A DNA stretch of 64,000 nt from positions 124,001 through 188,000 of the forward strand of contig JAANOX010000245.1 of NCBI GenBank assembly GCA_020184695.1. Direction: 5' to 3'. Below, one piece after another: positions 55,809 through 64,000 of the stretch. This stretch comes from Histomonas meleagridis 2922-C6/04-290x (taxonomy: Eukaryota > Protista > Parabasalia). The notes under the pieces were generated by a model that was given only the letters and a program-made list of their open reading frames with translations, did not search any database and was not told the DNA's origin. Made by a program: the position numbers and the translations under genes. Within the stretch, counting starts at the first letter, position 1, and each line of letters begins with the position of its first letter.

Positions 55809-56929
55809 TCATTGGCTATTTGCCATTAAAAAGCGAAGTAACAATTGTATTTGAGCAGATGATAAATCAGATCCAGGTTCATTCTCTTCTTGTTGTGGTA
55901 AGTCGCCTCCATAAGGTGTATCCACTGTCTTCTTGATTTCTTCAATCTTTTTCCATGCATCGCCTCCTAATTTTTCTTCAAGTTTGATTTCATTATTTTG
56001 TTCCATTACAACTGATGACAAGTTCCAAGCAAATGAACGCATTTCTACGGATGCATCTTCTTTGATAAAATCGATTACAACTGGGAGAAGTGATTCGAGA
56101 ATATCATTATTCAAATTTTCGACTTCATGGATTTTCTTATAGTACTCAACAACAGCTATGTGTATATTTGAATGCTTTGGAAATGCCCTTACAAGCTCAG
56201 CAAGCTTTTTGCCAAAATGTTCCTCTTTCAGCTTAACAGCGACCGTTAACTCAACGGTTGCCACTTTTCCGATCAACAATAGAATTGTTTCGTGATAAGG
56301 CATGAATTTCTCGTAATGATTGAAAATCATGGGTGAGTTGATCTTCAAAGGATGATTGCTTGAATAAGAAGAAGTGAAACTTTGAATAAGTTAGTTAATA
56401 ATAATATTTGTCTATCATCAGTTAAATCGGTTGGCGTATTTTTGATGATTCCTACAATTTGACTGGCGAGTTGGTGTATCCTCATGCCGGATTGGAAGTG
56501 TTTGCCGTATTATTCGATATTCGAACAAAATCAAAAGCGGGTGAAATCACAGTAGTTGAAATCAAGATACAGTTCAAGCCCGACCATCCGGTTTGAGGTC
56601 ATTTGATTGGGACCGAAACGGATCGGATAATCTTTGGTCAGTTAATTGCGGTGGATCTTTGTTGGCGAAAACGTCTCCAAACAGTCGTTTAGCTGATAAT
56701 TGGTGGTTATTTTCATTAACGTTTAAAGTTAAATCCAATAATTCTGGTGTGTGTTTAGTAAGACTGAAGTTAGAAATTAAATATACACATCAATGAGTGG
56801 TTTATGATTTGCACGCAATGCACGAAGGCAAGATTGGTCCAAGAGGATCTCTGAGAGGTTTGGGTCTTCAGAGTTGAGTTTTTCACTCAGTTCTTGGGAA
56901 ACTGGAGAAAGAAAACTTAGATTGAACAT
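55809..56929 (-). pseudogene. SIT4-phosphatase-associated (SAPS/PP6R)-like gene with degraded middle
   Basis: N-terminal MFNLSFLSPVSQEL..KLNSEDPNLSEILLDQSCLRALRANHKPLID resembles SAPS. The middle (about 56350-56580) has multiple frame breaks; an intact C-terminal ORF runs 56348-55809. Confidence 0.65.
56764..56786 (-). other. Candidate 23-nt spliceosomal intron
   Basis: GTATATTTAATTTCTAACTTCAG, with GT donor, CTAAC branch and CAG acceptor. Removal deletes an in-frame TAA and gives KPLID-V-LTKHTPELLDLTL, open for about 60 further codons. Confidence 0.7.
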
Positions 56930-57229
56930 TTTTGTTGCTATGTCCAACGGTTTTTCATCGGTTTCAATGTGGCCTAAATAAAATCTTTTTTTTTCAAGTG
57001 TGTAATTTCTAAAAAAATATCTCTTATGACACATACACATATTTTAGGAAATTGTTTTTATTATTTTTAAATTCAATATAATTTTAAAAATTCTTTATCA
57101 AAAAATCATTAAATATTAAACTTAATAAATTTGTATCGAAATTAGATTACATTTTGATGTTATCATGTTAAATACTAATTCAAATATATTTAAAATAAGT
57201 TTCAAAAATAAATAAACAAATATATTTAT

Positions 57230-57958
57230 TTAAATTTTTTTCTTTTCTTTATGGATTATAACCTTACGGTAAACTTCATAGCCATCCTTCTTTAGAACCA
57301 AGAAGCAAATATTGGATTTAACTCCGTAGTTGAAAACAAAACTCGAATCTACATCAATACATAATATACGAATCTCATTATTTTCAAACCTTCCCATGGT
57401 TTCATCTGATAATTCGTATGCATGGTGGTGTCCAAAGATGTTTTGAAACGGATATTTTGTTTTTTCTTCAGAAATATTTTCATATCTATATATAAAATTA
57501 TCTACTTCTTCTAATGGTATGTTGTTTATGCTTGAAACTGTTTCAAATTCATTTGGAGTCAGACTTACAAATTCAGAATGAGTAAATAAATACTTTGCAT
57601 TTTTAAGTTCATCAATTTCATTTAAATCAGAATCAACTGCATATGCATTTTTGAAATTAAGTACTTTGTATTTGTAAAAATAACTATTTCGATCATAATT
57701 TCTTGCTTCATGATTTCCTCTAATATACACAATGTTCGGATCATCAAGTGTGGAAACAATGTGATGGTACACTTTTTCGTTGTCAGGTGAATTTGAGCAA
57801 TAATCTCCAATATAAATTAGTTTTGCATTTGTACAACGTTTATATAAATCATATGGTATTATAAGTTGGTCGTAATCTCCGTGAACATCTCCAACAACAA
57901 TTAATATCTTTTCATCTATTTTATCTATTTTATCATCTTCCAAGAGAGATAAAATCAT
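57230..57958 (-). CDS. Calcineurin-like metallophosphoesterase
   Basis: GDVHG, IGDY, RGNHE, FTHS and FGHH motifs; first ATG at 57958. Confidence 0.85.
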   Translation of the reverse strand: MILSLLEDDKIDKIDEKILIVVGDVHGDYDQLIIPYDLYKRCTNAKLIYIGDYCSNSPDNEKVYHHIVSTLDDPNIVYIRGNHEARNYDRNSYFYKYKVLNFKNAYAVDSDLNEIDELKNAKYLFTHSEFVSLTPNEFETVSSINNIPLEEVDNFIYRYENISEEKTKYPFQNIFGHHHAYELSDETMGRFENNEIRILCIDVDSSFVFNYGVKSNICFLVLKKDGYEVYRKVIIHKEKKKI

Positions 57959-58062
57959 TCCCTCGATTTCGTGATTACATTGAATTTTAGGGGTGAGAAC
58001 TATCAAAAAGTGAATATTGTGATAATTTTGATCGTTTAGTTATCATAGACGAAAACTTTCAA

Positions 58063-59470
58063 ATGAGTTTAGAGTTCACAAAAGGAATCAAACTAGATGT
58101 AATGGAATATCTTAATTTCATTCAAAGCATCATCTTCGATTTGGAAGAGAATAATTTGAATCAATCTATTGAATCTATCATGAAATTATTTGATTTAAAT
58201 TTTCCTATTTCTTTTAATATCATAGTTAGTTAGATGTTATACTCTTCAGGAAGAACACGCAAATCTCTACTAATTTCATGAAGGAATTTGTGAAGAGAGA
58301 AGAAGAAAAATGTGAATTTGAAAATAATGAATATCTCAGAGTTTTTTTATGACAAATTTACTCATGCGGTTCTCTTTATTTTCTTGAGATGATGGTTACA
58401 GAAAAATTAGTTGATTCATTATTTATTAAAGATTAAAGTTATCCTTATTTTGCACATTACAATACAACTGAAGAAAACAAAATAAAATTAAAAGAATCAC
58501 ATTGTAATGAGTTTGTAGAAAATTATGAAGCACTTTCTAAAGATAATTTTAAACTTCATAAACAATTAATTCATGAAGGTCTTAATCATAATGAAATTGC
58601 AAAAGTTATTCGAAATAATGAAGTTTAAAAACATCGAAAAATATCATCTCAAACGATCTTTGATTTTAATCAAAAAATAAAAGAAGTTTATTATGATCGC
58701 TATGATCAACTTTATACGAATGTTTCACTTATTAATTATTCAGTTTTTTTGGTTTTGTGAAATGTTTTTTGTTATTGAATGGATCTAATTTAGAATATAC
58801 AAATGAATATTCATAAGCGGAATTGATATTAATAAAAAAGATATTTATATGAAACATTTCCAAATATTTTTGTGGAATTTTAATATTTTTTAGAAACAAT
58901 TGGTGTTTCTTCATATTGTTTTATACAGCTTTGATTATGAAATCTAATGAAAATAATGTTGTTAACGTTAAATTTCTTCTTAAACAAAAAGGAATTGATA
59001 TTAATGCAAGAGATATCTGTTTGTTTTATTTAATATTTGTTTTTTAAATTGCTTGAAACTGCACTTTTTAAGGTGGTATGGAATTGTAATATTGAAATAG
59101 TAAAATTACTCCTTAAACAAAAAGGAATTGATGTAAACATTATCAATATTTATTTGTAATATTTAGTATTGATTGGTGCTCTTTTAGGGTTTATTTTTAA
59201 CAAATGGAATTTATTGTGATAATTTATATCAGCACTTATGATTGCTTCTATTCGAGGTTGTACTAAAATTGTTAAATTATTATTAGAACATGAAGGAATA
59301 GACTTGAATGCAAAGGATATATTTCTGTTTGTTTTAGTAATTATTTTATTAATATGAGATTTCGTTGGTTATTATGAAAGAAATTTCAAAAATTTAAAAC
59401 ATCTTTTAATGCTTTTAAGTTAAAATAATCATACTGAAATCCTATTATTAAGTGAGCAAAAAGGAATCAA
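58063..59470 (+). pseudogene. Decayed DUF3447-type ankyrin gene with spacer-interrupted modules
   Basis: KDNFKLHKQLIHEGLNHNEIAKVIRNNEV* parallels ORF 32057. Ankyrin modules at 59058, 59229 and 59399 are preceded by spacers of 43, 81 and 80 nt. Confidence 0.8.
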
Positions 59471-59802
59471 AAAATTTATATATACATAAGCTGTTAATTG
59501 TATTCACTTGATAAACCAATGCTAATATTTGTTTGATATTATCTTTTATTTCAATTGTGTATTACTGTCGTAATCTAAGCAATATTTTGTTTTTACAAAT
59601 CCTTTTAATTAGGTATCAGGAATTTGGGTACCAGTACTTAGACGATAGGAAGGTAGGAAAGTATTAAGTTGAACTCCAATTTGATTTTAAAAGTAGAAAA
59701 ACAAATTTGTTTATCAGAACGATAGTATATTTTCAAAGCCGATTAATCGGTTTCATATTCAAAAAGTTATATTTATTTGTATCTTGGGAAAGCATGTTGA
59801 TC

Positions 59803-60657
59803 TTATATAGCAGGAATATCTTCGATTATCATTCCATCATAAGATGAATGCACCTCAATTCCCTCAAGGCCTGGCCTTTCTTTTCGTTGGCTTTCAACAA
59901 ATTCATCAATTTGTACATATGAAAGATTATGTGCTACATGAATGAACCATGCATGTTTTGGCTTAATTTTCTCTATTTCGTCAAGTGCTTGATTGAAGCA
60001 AAAATGTGTATTGAAAGGAATAAGAGAAAGACTATCAATGAAAAGATAGTCAATTCCTTTGAGTAAAGGGTATGATTCTTCCGGTATTTGTGAACAATCT
60101 GTTAAATATGCCATTTTCCCAATGCGAAAGCCGCATATTGGAAAATCTCCATGGAATATTGGAACTTTTACAACACTTATAGGACCTATGTGGGTAACTT
60201 TTTCTAATAAGTGTAACGCAAATTTCTCATTTTTTGATGTTGTTGTTTGACCATGGAAAAGATAATGATATGTATTTAACATTGCGTCAAGAGTTTCTTT
60301 TTCAAGATAAACAGGTATTTCTTTTTGACGTGCAAGAAGTCGGAGATCAGAGAAACCGTGTATATGGTCTGCATGTTTATGAGTAATAAAAAGATAATCT
60401 ATAGATTTTACATTGGCACGCGTTAGCTGTGTTCTCATGTCTGTTCCACAATCTATTAAAATATTAATTCCGTTCGAAAATCTTAAAAATGCTGATTGAC
60501 GAGTTCTTTTATCTCTTGGATCAGTAGAATGACAACAACATGTTGGGTTTCTACAACCAGGTGAAGGAACACCATGGCTAGTTCCTGATCCTAGAATTTC
60601 GATTGAGAATGTAATTTTGTTTTCGCCCATTGATTTTAACGGTTTCCTAGAATTCAT
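59803..60657 (-). CDS. PhnP/YycJ-like metallo-beta-lactamase-fold hydrolase
   Basis: LGSGTSHGVP, LIDCG.D, THKHADHIHG, AYLTD, THF and HVAH motifs. An alternative start is ATG 60630. Confidence 0.9.
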   Translation of the reverse strand: MNSRKPLKSMGENKITFSIEILGSGTSHGVPSPGCRNPTCCCHSTDPRDKRTRQSAFLRFSNGINILIDCGTDMRTQLTRANVKSIDYLFITHKHADHIHGFSDLRLLARQKEIPVYLEKETLDAMLNTYHYLFHGQTTTSKNEKFALHLLEKVTHIGPISVVKVPIFHGDFPICGFRIGKMAYLTDCSQIPEESYPLLKGIDYLFIDSLSLIPFNTHFCFNQALDEIEKIKPKHAWFIHVAHNLSYVQIDEFVESQRKERPGLEGIEVHSSYDGMIIEDIPAI

Positions 60658-60818
60658 TCAAAATATTATGGCCTAATATGACATTTTTTAAAATTTTGGG
60701 GCTCCCCTTAAGGCACAGATCTGTGGAACGATGCTTTTGTACAATTTTGGATTGATAAGTTTACACAAAATGTTGTCACTTTTATTGACAAACTGACAAC
60801 GGTTATTGTAAATTTCAA

Positions 60819-62066
60819 ATGTTTTTCGCCTTACTTTCATTTGTTCAGTCGGCAAACTGGGCAGTCTTAATGGCCGGCTCACGCGGCTACAACAATTACC
60901 GTCATCAAGCAGATGTCTTCAATCTTTATCATATTCTTAAATCTCGCGGTTTTAATACAAAGAAAATCATTACATTAGCTTATAACGATATCGTAAATCA
61001 CGAAATGAACCCACGAAAAGGAATTGTTTATAACAACGCCTCACATATCAATGTATATCCAGGATCAAAAGCAATAGATTATCAAGAAAAGGAAGCCACA
61101 GCAGAAAACTTCCTCAGAGTTCTTAAAGGCGATAAAAAGAATGGCAGAGCATTAGAGACCACCGATAAAGATGATATCTTTATTTATTTCAATGACCATG
61201 GAGCTCCAGGTCTCTTATGTGTTCCAGCCAACAATGGCCCACTTCTTTATGCAGATCAACTTGACAAAGTTCTTAAGGAAATGTATGAACAGAAGAAATT
61301 CCGCAGAATTTTCTTTGTTATTGAAGCATGTTATTCCGGATCTGTTGCACGAAACATTTCAGTTCCAAATGTATTCGTACTCAGTGCTGCAGGCCCATCA
61401 CAATCATCATATTCAGCAGATTGGGATGATGAAGTTGATGCATTTCTTAGCAATGAATTCACCAAACACTTTGTTAAGTTCATCTTAGAACAACCAAAGG
61501 CTAAGATTATTGATGCAGTTAATTACGTATCCCAAAATGTTCTTCGATCACATGTTACAGCATATGGCGATTTCCGTCTTACATCTGAACCATTATCAAC
61601 ATTCTTATTAGATGCTAAGCCTGTTGAAATTGCAGAAACTGAAGAATCAAACTCTGATCTTGAATCAAATGGAGAATATACAAAGAAAGCATTCATCACC
61701 TTCTTAGAAAGAAAGTACAAGCATTCCGAAGGTGACGAGAAAGAAAAGATTGGAAAGATTCTTGCCAATGAGAAGCTCAGACGTAAGAAGTCCTCTGATA
61801 CATTTAGGAGAATTGCCAACGGTTTTGACATCGACGGTTACAGCGGCTTTGACAACGATGAGAGTTATGATAATATTCTTTATGATTGCTATAGAACTGC
61901 AGTCGAAGGCTTCCGATTGTTCTGTGGTGAAGTTGATGAACATGAGCTTCCTAAGCTTCGCTACTTTGTTAAGTTCTGTAGGTCTTCTGATAAGCAAACA
62001 ATATTAGAACATATTAGGGAATCTTGTCCATCTAAGCTCTGGAGCGAAGAAGAACTTTACGTCTAA
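60819..62066 (+). CDS. Legumain / asparaginyl endopeptidase (peptidase C13)
   Basis: Signal peptide, NWAVLMAGS.GY.NYRHQADV, catalytic His (NDHG) and Cys (EACYSGS), C-terminal prodomain. Confidence 0.95.
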   Translation: MFFALLSFVQSANWAVLMAGSRGYNNYRHQADVFNLYHILKSRGFNTKKIITLAYNDIVNHEMNPRKGIVYNNASHINVYPGSKAIDYQEKEATAENFLRVLKGDKKNGRALETTDKDDIFIYFNDHGAPGLLCVPANNGPLLYADQLDKVLKEMYEQKKFRRIFFVIEACYSGSVARNISVPNVFVLSAAGPSQSSYSADWDDEVDAFLSNEFTKHFVKFILEQPKAKIIDAVNYVSQNVLRSHVTAYGDFRLTSEPLSTFLLDAKPVEIAETEESNSDLESNGEYTKKAFITFLERKYKHSEGDEKEKIGKILANEKLRRKKSSDTFRRIANGFDIDGYSGFDNDESYDNILYDCYRTAVEGFRLFCGEVDEHELPKLRYFVKFCRSSDKQTILEHIRESCPSKLWSEEELYV

Positions 62067-62819
62067 ATTTGCTTTATTTTGCTAATTTTTATTTGATATT
62101 TATCTTTTGAAATTTTTGTATACGGAAAAAATGACAATAAAATCATAAGTACTTTAGCGCCAGACTTCTGCTATTATGGTTGGGTACACATTTTTATCAA
62201 ATTTTTATTGTTTGGATCGATCCAAAACAGTCGTGACAATCGCGCAGGTTAGTTTGTGTAGCAAGTCAATTTATTTCAGTCAGTGACGAACAGATTCGGC
62301 TCAAATTTTATGGAACCGCTACAGTCACTTTTTTGAATGATTTGGGAACGATAGAAATACAGAGTAATGAATAGTTTACGCATTTATAAAATATTCAATA
62401 AATTATTGTTCGCGCATCACTTTTTTAATGTTTTTTGATCGGACTGTATTTTACCAAACCGTTTTTCTACCAAAAAGTGAAATCGTTTCCTATCGTTCTA
62501 AATTTACCCTTTAAAAATCGATTGAGAGGATTTGTAGGTTTGGTATGAGGTTGTGTAATTGATCCAATGAAATATTTGTTATTTGATCGTTGTTTTGCCT
62601 TTCAATATCTTTACTAAATCATCATATGATCAAAATTTGCAAATATATCATATTTACCGAGATATTCATATTTTGAACATTATATTTTGAATAGATATCT
62701 GGTCGGAGTACACCCAAAAAAATATTAAAGCATTCGAATACTCAACGTTTTATCTACAACTTATTGAACGAATTTGACTGAATATTTATTGTAAAAGTCG
62801 AAAACTTTGCTCTCCAACC

Positions 62820-63902
62820 ATGTCTCCGTTTTGGAGAAAAGCGAAGCTTGCAGTCAGATTAATTATTATTTTTATTCCCATTTTATTTCTTACATGTATT
62901 ACTTATAATACATGTTTTCATCAAGTAAAGAACATTATGAATACATTCTCCAAACTTTATGAAAATAATGTGATTCAAGTAAGAGTAAACGAAGAGAAAT
63001 GGGCAGAAAAGAAAGATATTGCATACGTTTCCGCATTTTATTATTTTCCTGAAGCACGTAACCAAAGACATCCAGCCAAATATTACGTCAAACGCTTTGC
63101 AAAGCTTCTTACAGTGATATCCGACGACGTTGACTTTTATTTTTATACCAACGAGTTAGGCTTGCAATTACTTAATTTACAAACGGACATCCGAAATCTA
63201 TACATCAATCTTACCTATAAATCACCATATGATGTCTGTGGCTTAAGGAAATTTCGTGAACAATACATAGAAATCGCCAATAAATATAATGGCGAAATCA
63301 TCATAAACGAAAACCTTGGCGCTATTTGGAACGCAAAGATATGTTTACTTGATGACGTAAGTCATTTTGCTAATAACTATAAATACATTTTCTGGATCGA
63401 TGCTGGAATACTTAAAAGATCAAATTTCACCGGCCTTACAATTCCATACCAGAAACGAATAGACAAAATCTTCACCAATCATTCGAACCAATTATTACTC
63501 GAACTGAACGAAGTATATAATTTAAATAATAGGAACTATGAACCGATCGAACAACTTGACCCGAATTTTGCGAACATCGTACTCGGAGGATTCTTTGGCG
63601 GTACATCAGCGACCATTCGGAAGTCGAAGGATATGTTTTTCAAGCTCCACGATCTGTATCTGTCACAAGGCAAAAACGTAATCAGAGAAGAGAACATATT
63701 CAATGCGATGTTTATGCACTATCCAAACGATTACATGGGCTTGGACGTGCAAGCAAAGAAGTATAAATGCTTGAGATGGGATGGTGGAATATCATTCGTA
63801 TCCGACCAGAATAGATGCTTGCTGAAGAACCAGCTGTTTTTCGCTGATGTGCGAAATGGTAAATTTGAGTTCAAATCGGAAGATTTGGGCGAATGGTTGT
63901 AA
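62820..63902 (+). CDS. Type II membrane protein, HtrL/YibB-like putative glycosyltransferase
   Basis: N-terminal TM, then YVSAFY, WNAK, YIFWIDAG, GGFFGG and REENI motifs recalled for the HtrL family; not searched. Confidence 0.65.
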   Translation: MSPFWRKAKLAVRLIIIFIPILFLTCITYNTCFHQVKNIMNTFSKLYENNVIQVRVNEEKWAEKKDIAYVSAFYYFPEARNQRHPAKYYVKRFAKLLTVISDDVDFYFYTNELGLQLLNLQTDIRNLYINLTYKSPYDVCGLRKFREQYIEIANKYNGEIIINENLGAIWNAKICLLDDVSHFANNYKYIFWIDAGILKRSNFTGLTIPYQKRIDKIFTNHSNQLLLELNEVYNLNNRNYEPIEQLDPNFANIVLGGFFGGTSATIRKSKDMFFKLHDLYLSQGKNVIREENIFNAMFMHYPNDYMGLDVQAKKYKCLRWDGGISFVSDQNRCLLKNQLFFADVRNGKFEFKSEDLGEWL

Positions 63903-64000
63903 TATAGCACGATCAAAATGCACTGAAAAATTGAAATTAAGTGCTTTACATCACACCAGTTTTGTCTTGTCGAAACTTCTAAGTTGTTATGAATTGTAAA

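Noticed and set aside
1-64000. Reassigned or ambiguous stop codons as a genetic-code change
   Set aside because: TAA, TGA and TAG all end normal genes here, and very long ORFs (1786 aa, more than 1500 aa) have no internal stops. The isolated in-frame stops are too rare for reassignment.
1-64000. tRNA, rRNA or telomeric repeats
   Set aside because: No cloverleaf, rRNA-conserved motifs or telomere-like tandem arrays were recognised by eye; a tRNAscan/Infernal run would be needed to exclude small RNAs.

Overview
AT-rich eukaryotic genomic DNA, inferred to be from a parabasalid (trichomonad-like) protist. The inference rests on BspA-like LRR genes, DUF3447-type ankyrin genes, an R2R3 Myb, legumain, TCA(C/T)T initiator motifs a few bases before start codons, and near-absence of introns. 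About 28 protein-coding genes are apparently intact or carry only one or two lesions. They include two DnaJ genes, a USP7-like UCH, a membrane subtilisin, an LCAT-like lipase, a Furry/MOR2-PAG1-like protein, START, Myb, AKR, Sec61beta, SCAMP, Vps39-like, a GT-C-like membrane protein, TBC, condensin CAP-H2, a metallophosphoesterase, a PhnP-like MBL hydrolase, legumain and an HtrL-like protein. Decayed copies of ARF, SAPS, BspA and several DUF3447-ankyrin genes lie between them. The most striking signal is in the ankyrin loci. At three separate loci (32.8-34.3, 51.1-51.4 and 59.0-59.4 kb), 90-nt ankyrin-coding modules are interrupted at the same codon position by an AT-rich spacer. The spacer is exactly 80 nt in 11 of 13 fully bounded, measurable cases even though its sequence differs between loci. 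It breaks the reading frame and has no usable GT-AG signals. This suggests an undescribed processing mechanism (non-canonical intron, bypass or cassette use), which is inference. The largest array and a Myb gene sit between ~200-bp inverted repeats. Other observations are a 23-nt candidate spliceosomal intron, an in-frame TGA in CAP-H2, abrupt GC-rich 3' gene ends, and several +1 A homopolymer frameshifts that may be sequencing errors. No tRNA, rRNA, CRISPR array or transposase was recognised.
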